DNA from: Candidatus Kaiserbacteria bacterium
GTDB taxonomy: Bacteria > Patescibacteriota > Minisyncoccia > Phycocordibacterales > UBA918
Reading direction: 5' to 3'
Assembly (NCBI GenBank): GCA_024653575.1
Contig: JANLIJ010000068.1
Coordinates: forward strand, 1 to 43,950
Length of the DNA: 43,950 nucleotides
Shown here: positions 32,726 through 42,510 of the stretch, piece by piece
Numbering within the stretch: the stretch's first letter is position 1
Layout of the letters: each line of letters opens with the position of its first letter
The notes under the pieces: model-generated
The model's database searches: none
What the model was told of the DNA's origin: nothing
What the model saw: the letters and a program-made list of their open reading frames with translations, nothing else
Made by a program: the position numbers and the translations under genes

Positions 32726-34266
32726 AATTCCTCGCTTCTCAAAAAGGAAAATTCTTCTCTTCGATAATTGCAGGGTTTTTAACCCTTAGTTTTATCCTTG
32801 CACCAATTTCTCAGAATCTTGAGACAAGAAAGGTAGAGGCTGCCGTTGATTATGAAACCTTAAACACTTGGTGGAATGGTTTGTCTGCTGGTTCAGGTGG
32901 TGTATCTGCAATTGCAAACTCCGCTGCCGCTAAAGCGCAAGGGTGGCTTGTATTCAAGGAGTTTACACTTGACGGTATCGCATGGATGCTTATCAATATT
33001 ACAATTCAGGAAATGATTCGGAGTACCACGAGATGGGTGGCATCAGGATTTAAGGGAAGTCCGGCGTTCGTCACCGACCTTCAAGGGTTTCTTCTCAATA
33101 TTGCCGACAAGGTAGCGGGGAATTTCATTTATGGTTCAAATCTTGCCTTTTTATGTTCTCCCTTCAAGCTCAATATTCAGCTCGCACTGGATTTAAGCTA
33201 CGAAAGAACCCGTGGGTATGAAGCACAGTGCAGACTCAGCCGAGTAGTCGGGAATATGGACCGCTTCCTCAATGGAGATTTCTCGCAAGGGGGCTGGGAC
33301 GGATGGTTTGAAGTGGCAATGACTGATTCAAACCCATACGCAACAAAGCTTGAGGCGGAATCGGCAATGTATGCAAGTATCGGAAGTGCTCAGGGTATTC
33401 AAACGAAAAAACTTGATTTTGGTAAGGGATTCCTCTCAGTACAGGACCCAAGTTGTAATGTCGATATGGGACCTTGTCCTGATGTTACTCCTGGCGCAGC
33501 CGTTGAAAGTCTAGTCAATTCAACACTTCAACTCCCTGCCCAGCGACTCAATGTTGCCAAGGAAATCAATGAACTTGTCGGCACGCTTCTTACGCAACTT
33601 GGTAAGGAAGTCCTCAGTGGTGCCGGTGGGCTTCTCGGACTCACCGATTCAAGCTATGGGGATGGAAACTACTGGAGTCGAGTTGACGCAGACACCTCTG
33701 CCGTTGGATACGTTGGAAATTCACAGCCAATATTCGAATCGACCCTTGAGAATGAGAACAGGTTTATAACTCTCAATACCACGATTGTAGATATGGTCAA
33801 TGCTGTTCGTGGCTACAGAGAAGCTATGTATCCTGTGCGAACGTACACCGACCCCGACACAGGACGAACGGTCACCACGACACCCTGCGCCTCGGGCGAG
33901 CTTACCCCTTCACTAGAGAGAGCCCTTACCACTGCACAGAGAAATATCGCATCGACGACAGTACTCGTAGCAGAACTAACACTTCTTCAGACAGACTATA
34001 ATGCTGTACAAAATGTATCAATCGCATCAACAACACTGAGGACGCTTATGCGCACGTACAATGGCAACTCTGTCCCTGATACCAAATCAAAGATACTTGA
34101 TAGGTACCTTCAATATGAGTCTTCGGGAAGACTGCATGACGCGACAACGCTGGTCAACCTCGAGCTCCAAACGATTCGTTCACTTGGTGATGAAATCACT
34201 GCATTCAAGTCGTCGATTGACAACGCGTGTAGGAATTACAACGACAATAACTCGAATGGTCGTTAA
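32722..34266 (+). CDS. large secreted/anchored hypothetical protein of the T4SS-like operon
   Basis: N-terminal signal anchor. ATGA overlap with the upstream gene. No family recognised. Confidence 0.6.
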   Translation: MKFLASQKGKFFSSIIAGFLTLSFILAPISQNLETRKVEAAVDYETLNTWWNGLSAGSGGVSAIANSAAAKAQGWLVFKEFTLDGIAWMLINITIQEMIRSTTRWVASGFKGSPAFVTDLQGFLLNIADKVAGNFIYGSNLAFLCSPFKLNIQLALDLSYERTRGYEAQCRLSRVVGNMDRFLNGDFSQGGWDGWFEVAMTDSNPYATKLEAESAMYASIGSAQGIQTKKLDFGKGFLSVQDPSCNVDMGPCPDVTPGAAVESLVNSTLQLPAQRLNVAKEINELVGTLLTQLGKEVLSGAGGLLGLTDSSYGDGNYWSRVDADTSAVGYVGNSQPIFESTLENENRFITLNTTIVDMVNAVRGYREAMYPVRTYTDPDTGRTVTTTPCASGELTPSLERALTTAQRNIASTTVLVAELTLLQTDYNAVQNVSIASTTLRTLMRTYNGNSVPDTKSKILDRYLQYESSGRLHDATTLVNLELQTIRSLGDEITAFKSSIDNACRNYNDNNSNGR

Positions 34267-34271
34267 ACATT

Positions 34272-36488
34272 ATGTTTGCAAAGATTAACAACCTCATAAC
34301 GAAAAAGACCTTCCTCGGTCTACTCTTGTGTGTGATTGTTTTCTTGACACCGGTATCTGCGACGTACATACCGAGTAATGATGCTACCGTACAGAAGATA
34401 GAAGGGGAAGTGCTTGTTGCTTTTGCAAAGGACCCGAACGACAAGGGGTTGGGGTATCTGACTGATTCAGAATTACTTGGTATGGCGAAAGGATCTTATT
34501 ATGAAATGTGGAAATCTCTTGGCCTCTGGATTGGAAACACAATCCTTGCAGTAGCATCTATGTTTACCTACGTTGGAGGAACATTCCTTGATATGTCTCT
34601 TAAGATAACGGTATTTAAAATGGGAGACCTCATCAACGGTGGCGTCGGGAATGCAATAAACAACACGTGGAAAATCATTCGAGATATCTGCAACCTCGCA
34701 TTCATCTTTGGTTTTGTATACATCGGTATCCGCACTATCATCGACCCCGAGAGCGCATCCACGAAGCGCTTCCTCTCAAAGATTATTATCGGGGCACTCC
34801 TCATCAACTTCAGTCTCTTCTTTGTAAAATTCATTGTTGATTTTTCCAATTTCACCGCGTACCACATCTATAATGCGATGGTAAGTGGAGAAGGATCTCT
34901 CTCTGCAACGGTTGCGAACATGCTTGGCATTGTCTCTCTTTTTAAAGCCCCTGACCCTGCTCAATTTGCTCAACTTACAAATGGAGCATCCTTTTGGTTT
35001 TTCGTATTTGGAGCAATTCTCCTCCTTATTGTCGCGTTCGTATTTTTTGCTGCTGCGATACACCTTATAACCAGGTTTGTTGCCCTTGTACTTATCATGG
35101 TTGGCTCACCCATCCTCTTCGCAGCGACCGTCTTCCCCCAGACAGAACACTACGCAAGTGATATGTGGAAGAAACTCATTTCATACGCATTCTTCGCTCC
35201 GGTATTTCTACTCCTCATTCTTATATCCCTCACACTCGTGCAGGGACTGGGTACTGCTATCGCGCCCAATGGTTCTTCTTTCGTAACAGCCCTTAAACAG
35301 GGCAGTAACTCGTCTGTAGGACAAACAGGCTCAATGGGTATTATCTTAAATTTTGCGGTCATTATCTTCTTCTTCATCCAATCTCTCCTCCTTGCACAGA
35401 AGATGGGTGTTGCAGGAGGAGATGCCGCGGTGAGCATGGGGAACAAAATACGAGGAAATGTCCAGAGTGCAATAGGAAGAAATACCATTGGCGCAGCTTC
35501 ACATAAAATCCGTGAGAAATATGAAGAATTTGATGCAAAAACCAAAGATAGTAAAAATTGGAATCGCCTAAAAACTGTTGGGAAAATTGCGACGCTTGGT
35601 GCTGTTGATGACAGGACGATACGCCAAACCCTAGAAGCTGGAGAACATGCAAAATTTGGTGGGTCGTATTCTTATGAAGATGATAAGAAATACAGTGACT
35701 CACGTACAGCTCGTCAGGCAAAGACGCTCGAGACAGAAAAGATAAAAGCTACGATAGAAGCAGGCGCCTCTACACCTGTCGGAGACCCCGCAAGAATTCC
35801 GATGGAGAGAGCTATCGCAGGAGCTTCTTCCGAACAGATTCTGTCGCTCTTGGCTGACCCTGAGTATAAACACGGCACTCCTAAATATAATGAACTTGTT
35901 GGGCATCTCTCTTCAAGCCAATTTGAGAATGTCATGAAAGCAAAACCAGAAGACTTTGATGATGCAAAAAAGGCTCAGGTCTCGGCTAGTCGTGCATCAT
36001 TTATAAAGACCAAACATGGTGTGGTTGGGGGAGCCGTAGGAGCAACACCAGGAACTATTGGAAAGGCTGATGCGAGCGATCTTGATGCAATGGACTTTGA
36101 TACGGTCGTTCAACATGCTGGTCACATAAGTGCAAAACAAATTGATGACATGAAGGGGCTTACGCCGACTGCGAAAAAGACGCTCAAGGACGCAAGAAAT
36201 AACGCACTCATTAAGGAATTTAAACCTGCAGGAGTCTCAACTCCAGCTTCTGCAACGAGTTTGTTCAATAGAATAACAAATGATACTGAACGTTCAAAGC
36301 TTCCTCCAGAAATATTAACTGATACAAAAGCAGCTCAGCATCTTAACGCAAATGTGCTCACAAAAATTCTTGATAATGATTCTATTGACTCTGTTAAAAG
36401 AAACACCATTAAGACAAATGTTCAGATGATCCATGGAAATAATGCTTTTAATAACTTCTTTACCACACCTGCAGGTAGTAGATACTAA
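34272..36488 (+). CDS. polytopic membrane protein, TrbL/VirB6-like, with a long soluble C-terminal tail
   Basis: About 7 hydrophobic spans in residues 80-380, followed by a Lys-rich tail of about 330 aa. Sits beside VirB3/VirB4 homologues. Confidence 0.55.
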   Translation: MFAKINNLITKKTFLGLLLCVIVFLTPVSATYIPSNDATVQKIEGEVLVAFAKDPNDKGLGYLTDSELLGMAKGSYYEMWKSLGLWIGNTILAVASMFTYVGGTFLDMSLKITVFKMGDLINGGVGNAINNTWKIIRDICNLAFIFGFVYIGIRTIIDPESASTKRFLSKIIIGALLINFSLFFVKFIVDFSNFTAYHIYNAMVSGEGSLSATVANMLGIVSLFKAPDPAQFAQLTNGASFWFFVFGAILLLIVAFVFFAAAIHLITRFVALVLIMVGSPILFAATVFPQTEHYASDMWKKLISYAFFAPVFLLLILISLTLVQGLGTAIAPNGSSFVTALKQGSNSSVGQTGSMGIILNFAVIIFFFIQSLLLAQKMGVAGGDAAVSMGNKIRGNVQSAIGRNTIGAASHKIREKYEEFDAKTKDSKNWNRLKTVGKIATLGAVDDRTIRQTLEAGEHAKFGGSYSYEDDKKYSDSRTARQAKTLETEKIKATIEAGASTPVGDPARIPMERAIAGASSEQILSLLADPEYKHGTPKYNELVGHLSSSQFENVMKAKPEDFDDAKKAQVSASRASFIKTKHGVVGGAVGATPGTIGKADASDLDAMDFDTVVQHAGHISAKQIDDMKGLTPTAKKTLKDARNNALIKEFKPAGVSTPASATSLFNRITNDTERSKLPPEILTDTKAAQHLNANVLTKILDNDSIDSVKRNTIKTNVQMIHGNNAFNNFFTTPAGSRY

Positions 36489-36492
36489 AAAT

Positions 36493-37020
36493 ATGCCAGA
36501 TATTGAACAAGTAAGAATCAACACGTACAGAGCGTCAAATGATGCTACAAAAGATCTCTATGGGGATGTCGAACTTGGTGAAGCTTTAGGAACAATCTCT
36601 GAGCGGTTTCATCTTGATGAAAATATTAAACGTATATTCATCGATGTAATCGGTGATGCAATTCTTGGTTTGTTTCCAAAAGAAAATATTGAGAAACAAC
36701 TCATTGAACAAATTCACCTTCCTGAGAGCTCTGCAAAGGGTATCGTCAAAGAACTTGAGAGTTTCATAGCTCGTATTACTACTCAAAGGCCTGAGGGAAA
36801 TATGGTCGCTGTAAATGCGCCAACGCCCCAGATTCAACAAAATCAGCTCGCCGGAGAACCCCGCCCACTCACCCGAGAAGAGCTCATGCAGAAGCTCTCT
36901 CCGCGTCGGACGATGGTTCAGGATGTTGCCTCAGTGCAACATCCTACTGCATCGCAACCCGCAAGTGCCCCAGCCCAAGGATACGATGCCTATCAAAAAA
37001 ACGTGCAGGGCGGAGGATAG
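36493..37020 (+). CDS. hypothetical protein
   Basis: ATG at 36493 lies 5 nt after the upstream stop codon. 175 aa with a Q/P-rich C-terminus. Confidence 0.5.
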   Translation: MPDIEQVRINTYRASNDATKDLYGDVELGEALGTISERFHLDENIKRIFIDVIGDAILGLFPKENIEKQLIEQIHLPESSAKGIVKELESFIARITTQRPEGNMVAVNAPTPQIQQNQLAGEPRPLTREELMQKLSPRRTMVQDVASVQHPTASQPASAPAQGYDAYQKNVQGGG

Positions 37021-37093
37021 TGTGGGCGGGCATTAACTATCCGCACACACACCCTCGGTGAGCATGCGGAATGCGGTACAATACAATCATGAG

Positions 37094-37211
37094 TCCCGTT
37101 AGAGATAGCGGGTACACAAAATTAAAATACATACATGGGGTCGGAAATTATCACAAAAAATAACCTGGGGCTCTCTACACACGTGGTGTACGTGCCCTAT
37201 CTCTAACGGGA
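37094..37211. repeat. inverted-repeat element (15-bp perfect arms, extendable to about 23 bp) enclosing 68 nt; MITE-like or a regulatory helix
   Basis: TCCCGTTAGAGATAG (37094-37108) is the reverse complement of CTATCTCTAACGGGA (37197-37211). ATGAG is present on both flanks (37089-37093 and 37211-37215). Confidence 0.6.
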
Positions 37212-37609
37212 TGAGATTTGAAGTCCCACAATTTATTGAGATTGAGGACAAGATTGTCGGTCCGCTGACATGGCGCCAGTTTGTGTATGTCGCGGGTGGA
37301 GTGGGGATTATCACCATTCTCTATCTCAGCACATCCTTCATGATTACTATCCTCCTTGGCCTCCCCATCGGAGCACTCTCTGCTTCGCTCGCATTCCACA
37401 AGGTCAACAATCGCCCATTCTCAATCTTCCTTGAAGCACTTGTGTCATACACCGCAAAGAAAAAACTGTATCTCTGGAGGAAGGAAACTCCATCATCGGT
37501 TATAGAAAAGAATTACGAAGCAGTATCACCAGCACCAAAACTTTCAAATACGTATGGGCAAACCATCACTTCACTTTCTCACAAACTAGAACATCATCTA
37601 CCTGAATAA
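37211..37609 (+). CDS. PrgI-family (VirB3-like) T4SS membrane protein
   Basis: VPQFIEIEDKIVGPLTWRQFVYV followed by two TM segments, the classic PrgI N-terminal pattern. Confidence 0.75.
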   Translation: MRFEVPQFIEIEDKIVGPLTWRQFVYVAGGVGIITILYLSTSFMITILLGLPIGALSASLAFHKVNNRPFSIFLEALVSYTAKKKLYLWRKETPSSVIEKNYEAVSPAPKLSNTYGQTITSLSHKLEHHLPE

Positions 37610-37610
37610 C

Positions 37611-38228
37611 ATGGCAAAAAGCTCAGCAACACAACACTTCGTCCCAATTGCAGACATCCATGATGATGTGGTGGTTCTTAAGGATGGACAACTCTGCATG
37701 GTACTCCTCGCCTCTTCAATAAACTTTGCACTGAAGTCGAGCGAGGAACAACAAGCAATTCTCTCCCAGTTCCAAGCATTCTTGAATGCAATTGATTTCT
37801 CAATGCAGGTATACGTGCAGTCACGACGCCTCGATATTCGCCCCTACCTTGAAATTCTTCGGACACGTGAAGGTATACAGGACAATGAGCTCATGCGTAT
37901 TCAACTTCGTGAATACATGGAATTTATTGGAACATTCACTGACCAAGTCGAAATCATGACCAAAAACTTCTTTGTCGTTATCCCATATTCACCGAGCACG
38001 CTCAATACGAGCAGTATGCCAAGTTTTTTAAAAAAGAAAGTATCAGAAGAAAAACGAGCGGACAAATTTTTTGAGGACAGAACACAGCTTGAGCAACGCA
38101 TCTCAGTTGTGGAGCAGGGGCTTTCTCGCATTGGGGTACGAACAGCGCTCCTCGGGACAAATGAACTCGTCGAACTCTTTTACCACATCTTTAATCCGAG
38201 CGATTTAGCAGACGCACCAAAACAATAA
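37611..38228 (+). CDS. hypothetical protein; N-terminus resembles the VirB4 N-terminal domain
   Basis: FVPIADIHDDVVVLKDGQLCMVLLASSINF...EEQQAIL.QF..FLN is collinear with residues about 25-100 of the downstream VirB4-like protein. Confidence 0.5.
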   Translation: MAKSSATQHFVPIADIHDDVVVLKDGQLCMVLLASSINFALKSSEEQQAILSQFQAFLNAIDFSMQVYVQSRRLDIRPYLEILRTREGIQDNELMRIQLREYMEFIGTFTDQVEIMTKNFFVVIPYSPSTLNTSSMPSFLKKKVSEEKRADKFFEDRTQLEQRISVVEQGLSRIGVRTALLGTNELVELFYHIFNPSDLADAPKQ

Positions 38229-38230
38229 TT

Positions 38231-40021
38231 ATGGGACTTCTTGACTTCATCCAACAAAAGAAACAAGCGTCGACTGAAGTAGTCGCTGACACAAACACAC
38301 TCTCTCTTCCTGATGTGGTTGCCCCTTCGGCAATCAGTATCAACCCAAAGAGTATTAGTGTGAGCGGTCGTCTCTCTCGCGTTTTCTTTGCCGTCTCATA
38401 CCCACGGACACTCACTGATGGATGGCTCGAACCAATCCTCAATATCGAAAAGGAAATCGATGTTTCAATAGTCATCCATCCCATCGATACTGCAGAAACA
38501 CTCAAAAAATTCCAAAAGAAGGTTGCAGAAGTACAGAGTCAAATCAATGAACGGGCAAATGAGGGAAAGGTCCGCGACCCACAGCTCGATGCCGCATACC
38601 GCAACCTCGAGGACCTCAGAGATAAGCTCCAGCAGGCTGAGGAAAAACTCTTTAATGTGGGGCTCTACATAGCCCTCTACGGCGAGACGGAAGCTGACCT
38701 CAACAAGACCGAGTCGGAGATTCGTGCAATCCTCGACGCGCGTATGGTGTACATCAAGCCGGCCCTCTTCCAACAAGAGGAGGGGTTCCTCAGTGTCATC
38801 CCTACAGTCACCGACAAACTTCTCGTACACACAAAATTCAACTCGTCTCCGCTCTCGAGCTTTTTCCCGTTCACCTCCTTCGACCTCACCTCTGACACCG
38901 GGATTCTCTATGGCATCAATCGTCACAACAGCTCTCTCGTACTCTTCGACCGCTTTACCCTTACGAACTACAACTCAGTCACCTTCGCCACCTCGGGAGC
39001 AGGGAAGTCGTACACCACAAAACTCGAAATCCTCCGTTCACTCATGTTTGGGACTGAGGTCATCGTCATAGACCCAGAACATGAATATGAACAATTGGCA
39101 GAGGCGACTGGTGGACGATTCTTCAACATCTCACTCTCCTCAAACCACCACATCAATCCATTTGACCTTCCTGTCCCGCTTCCCGATGAAAATCCTAAAG
39201 AACTCCTTCGCTCCCACATCATTGAACTCATCGGGCTCTTCAAACTCATGCTCGGGGGCCTCTCTCCTGAGGAGGATGCGGTCATTGATGCTGCGCTTCA
39301 CGAAGTATATGCACTCAAGGACATTACGGGCTCTGGTGATTATCGCGATCTCGAACCACCACTTCTCTCAGACTTTGAGATGGTGCTTGCAGGAATGGAG
39401 GGGAGTGAGTCCCTCGTCCAGCGCCTCACAAAGTACACATCGGGAACGTGGGCAGGCTTTATGAACGAAGCAACGAACGTGGACATCAATCAAAAGTTTG
39501 TGGTTTTCTCACTCCGCGATATGGAAGAAGATTTGAAGACGATTGCCATGTACATTATTACGAATCACATTTGGGGAGCGGTGCGCAGGGAACTGAAGAA
39601 ACGTCTCCTCGTTATCGATGAGGCATGGTGGATGCTCAAGTCTGAGGACACCGCTGCCTTCCTCCACAACATTGCAAAACGTGGTCGCAAATACTACCTT
39701 GGTCTCTCTACTATCACGCAAGACGTCGATGACTTCCTCAGGTCACCCTATGGCGTACCGATGATTACCAACTCGTCGATACAGCTTCTCATGAAACAAT
39801 CTCCGACCGCGGTGGATACGCTCCAAAATGTCTTTAATCTCACTGATGAAGAACGTCTCACCCTCCTCGAATCGAGCGTTGGAGAAGGAATATTCTTCGT
39901 CGGACTCAAGCACGTTGCCATCAAGGTAATCGCTTCGTACACCGAAGACCAAATCATCACCTCCGACCCCTCACAACTTCTCCAAATACAACAGGCTCGC
40001 GCTGAGCTGGGGAGAAATTAA
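38231..40021 (+). CDS. virB4: VirB4/TrbE-family T4SS ATPase
   Basis: Walker A ATSGAGKSYT. Walker B LLVIDEAWWML. Downstream RKYYLGLSTITQ. Confidence 0.88.
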   Translation: MGLLDFIQQKKQASTEVVADTNTLSLPDVVAPSAISINPKSISVSGRLSRVFFAVSYPRTLTDGWLEPILNIEKEIDVSIVIHPIDTAETLKKFQKKVAEVQSQINERANEGKVRDPQLDAAYRNLEDLRDKLQQAEEKLFNVGLYIALYGETEADLNKTESEIRAILDARMVYIKPALFQQEEGFLSVIPTVTDKLLVHTKFNSSPLSSFFPFTSFDLTSDTGILYGINRHNSSLVLFDRFTLTNYNSVTFATSGAGKSYTTKLEILRSLMFGTEVIVIDPEHEYEQLAEATGGRFFNISLSSNHHINPFDLPVPLPDENPKELLRSHIIELIGLFKLMLGGLSPEEDAVIDAALHEVYALKDITGSGDYRDLEPPLLSDFEMVLAGMEGSESLVQRLTKYTSGTWAGFMNEATNVDINQKFVVFSLRDMEEDLKTIAMYIITNHIWGAVRRELKKRLLVIDEAWWMLKSEDTAAFLHNIAKRGRKYYLGLSTITQDVDDFLRSPYGVPMITNSSIQLLMKQSPTAVDTLQNVFNLTDEERLTLLESSVGEGIFFVGLKHVAIKVIASYTEDQIITSDPSQLLQIQQARAELGRN

Positions 40022-40035
40022 ATATACATATTACT

Positions 40036-40695
40036 ATGAGCGACGCCGACAACACGAGAGGCATCCAAAATGCGGAGGCGCGCTATCCAACCGCTGAAGA
40101 CCGTCAGACTACGCGCTCAAATGAACGCCTCACGAGTGCACAGCTTCGTCGTCCGCGTGGTAGGCGGGTACGGTCAGGTGATACTGAAGAAGCTGTCTCT
40201 CCTTATTTTGATGACCCAAACGATCTTAGTCCTTCAACAATAAAGGAATTTGGTGATATTTTTGAAAAGGGTGGAGTAAGACTTGATGATTCTGAACTAC
40301 GCGAGGCGCTTGAAATGAAGCTCAAGGATGTGACCGCCCCCGGTTTCCCTTATTTTATATTTTTCATTGCGCTCACTAAGGATATTGTGGATGTGGTTGT
40401 AACAGTAACGGTAATTGGTATCGTGATTTCAATGGCGTTGTCATTTCTCTGTGCCCTCATTTTATTTATTTGGACAATGGAAAAATTGGGTGTAAGTGGG
40501 GGTAAATTACAAAAAAAGCGCGTTCAGGGAATTTTAATCAAATATGGCCTTTCCACGGGAATTGAGTTTATTCCAGGGATTAATGTCATCCCAACAACCA
40601 CGATATTTGTACTCCTGACCTATTTGCAGGAAGCAAAAATATCAAGACTACATAAATTTGCACTCAATAAAATCCAGCGTCGGTTGGTACGATAA
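40036..40695 (+). CDS. membrane protein (basic disordered N-terminus, 3-4 TM), unknown function
   Basis: Hydrophobic spans FPYFIFFIAL..VVTVTVIGIVISMALSFLCALILFIW. Confidence 0.55.
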   Translation: MSDADNTRGIQNAEARYPTAEDRQTTRSNERLTSAQLRRPRGRRVRSGDTEEAVSPYFDDPNDLSPSTIKEFGDIFEKGGVRLDDSELREALEMKLKDVTAPGFPYFIFFIALTKDIVDVVVTVTVIGIVISMALSFLCALILFIWTMEKLGVSGGKLQKKRVQGILIKYGLSTGIEFIPGINVIPTTTIFVLLTYLQEAKISRLHKFALNKIQRRLVR

Positions 40696-40760
40696 TTCCT
40701 AATTATTATCCAGAAACGCCACCGCAATTCGTTTTGTGCCGTGATACACTATTAGTATAT

Positions 40761-41765
40761 ATGGGGTCACAAAGTAGACATTCTCTCTCTATCATACTGG
40801 CTGTTCTTCTGATTGGGTGCGTGTGGACACTCTTCTTTTCTATGAGCGATGCCCACGCGCAATCATTCGGCATGGGAGGAGATGGGCTTAGTCTTGTGTT
40901 GAAACCAGAATTTCCAAAACCCTATGGAACCATCGAGGTGTCCGTGAATGACTACAGCATCGATACCCTCGGGTCGACTATCACATGGTACATTGACGGA
41001 GAAGAACTTCCTGACTCGAAAAATGAACGAGCAATTACTCTCGACGCAAAGGGTCTTGGTGAGAAGAGTGAAGTAAGTGTTCTCATAACAAATCCCAAGA
41101 TGCCCGCCTTTTCTGCAACACAAACTATTATCCCTGTTGCAATCGATACCATTCTTGAAGCTGATACCTACGTTCCCACTTTTTATAGGGGAAGGGCACT
41201 CCCGAGCAGAGAAGCGACCGTCCGTGCCATTGCAGTGGTACACGACGGCACAGAAGCTCCTGACACTCGCTATACCTATAAATGGACACTCAATGATTCC
41301 GTGCTCTATGGTGGTCCGGTGACGGGGAAGAATGTTGCCGAGTTCACCTTACCCCACTATGATGGCGCACGACTTACCGTCGATGTTTTCAATAAAGATT
41401 CTGTGAATGTGGGAAGACAATCTTTCATTCTCAAGCCCGCTGACCCTGAAATGCACTTTTATGAAAACAGCGCCCTCCGTGGCCTTTCACAAAAAGAAAT
41501 CGGTTCCTCATACGCACTTACTAAAGATGAAGTGAGCGTATTCGCAGAACCATACTTTATGAACACCAATACCATTACCCAGTCTTTTGCTGATGTCACG
41601 TGGAAAATAAACGGTATAGAATCAGAGGCAGATACACAGATACCCAATGCGATTACCCTCAAGCGTGTGGGCGAGGCAGGGGATGCACTCATTGAGTGTA
41701 GTATAGTAACAAAGAGTCGTATCCCTCAGTATGTAACATCATCATTCCAAGCATTCTTCCAATAA
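40761..41765 (+). CDS. secreted protein with three Ig-like repeats
   Basis: Signal peptide ending AHAQ. Recurring [IV]TW.I[DN]G / YKWTLN repeat starts. Confidence 0.55.
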   Translation: MGSQSRHSLSIILAVLLIGCVWTLFFSMSDAHAQSFGMGGDGLSLVLKPEFPKPYGTIEVSVNDYSIDTLGSTITWYIDGEELPDSKNERAITLDAKGLGEKSEVSVLITNPKMPAFSATQTIIPVAIDTILEADTYVPTFYRGRALPSREATVRAIAVVHDGTEAPDTRYTYKWTLNDSVLYGGPVTGKNVAEFTLPHYDGARLTVDVFNKDSVNVGRQSFILKPADPEMHFYENSALRGLSQKEIGSSYALTKDEVSVFAEPYFMNTNTITQSFADVTWKINGIESEADTQIPNAITLKRVGEAGDALIECSIVTKSRIPQYVTSSFQAFFQ

Positions 41766-41766
41766 T

Positions 41767-42498
41767 ATGAACGCTATCCAAAAAAATCGACACGCCCTCT
41801 CCAAAACACTTATGCTGTGTTCATCCTTAATCTTCTACTTCCTTCTCGTGTCTTTTGCTGAGGCGGCGGGAGAATATATCCCCATCGTTGCAATCCCTGG
41901 GCTCAATAACCAAAAAATCGCAAGTCTCCCCGAATATATAAACAAGATTTATTTCTTCACCATCACGATTGGCGCGCTCTATGGCGTTGTGAAGATTGCT
42001 TTTGCCGGAGTGAAGTACAGCATGAGTGACATCATCACGAGTAAAGAATCTGCAAAAGAAGATATCAAGGGAGTACTCCTCGGTCTCGCCATTCTCCTTA
42101 TACCATTTATCGTCCTCAGGACAATCAACCCAGAACTCACCCGACTTGATGTACTCAGCAGTGTAAGTGTAAAAAATAAAATAAATTTAATAAGTGGTTC
42201 AGTAAAAGATGGTAAATCTACACCAAGGTATCAGGAAGGTGATCTTAAAACTGTAGGTACTCAAATAAGTACCGCCTCAAAAACAAGTAGCACATCATCT
42301 CAGAGTGGGTCTGTCACAAGTAACAATACCTCAAATACTAATGGCACTATGAATAGAGAAATCCTCATCCCAATAAGAGCCGGCACTGAACAAGAACTTG
42401 AAAATGTAAAAGAAGAATGTCGCGCAAATATGCCCGGTGGAACGGCAAATTTCTTGAAAGATCCTGCACGGGGAAAATACGTGTGCACAAATTATTAA
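41767..42498 (+). CDS. T4SS pilin (VirB2/TrbC-like, CPR type) with an S/T-rich linker and a Cys-containing C-terminal extension
   Basis: Signal sequence ending AEAAG. Two TM helices flank AGVKYSMS...ESAKEDIKGVLLGLAILLIPFIVLRTINPEL. About 110 additional residues follow. Confidence 0.65.
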   Translation: MNAIQKNRHALSKTLMLCSSLIFYFLLVSFAEAAGEYIPIVAIPGLNNQKIASLPEYINKIYFFTITIGALYGVVKIAFAGVKYSMSDIITSKESAKEDIKGVLLGLAILLIPFIVLRTINPELTRLDVLSSVSVKNKINLISGSVKDGKSTPRYQEGDLKTVGTQISTASKTSSTSSQSGSVTSNNTSNTNGTMNREILIPIRAGTEQELENVKEECRANMPGGTANFLKDPARGKYVCTNY

Positions 42499-42510
42499 CA
42501 CTGGATACAT

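Noticed and set aside
37611-40021. virB4 split by a frameshift or stop codon (pseudogene)
   Set aside because: The downstream ORF already contains a complete VirB4 N-terminal domain plus Walker A and B motifs. The upstream ORF ends with a clean stop codon, followed 2 nt later by a separate ATG. The pair is interpreted as two genes.
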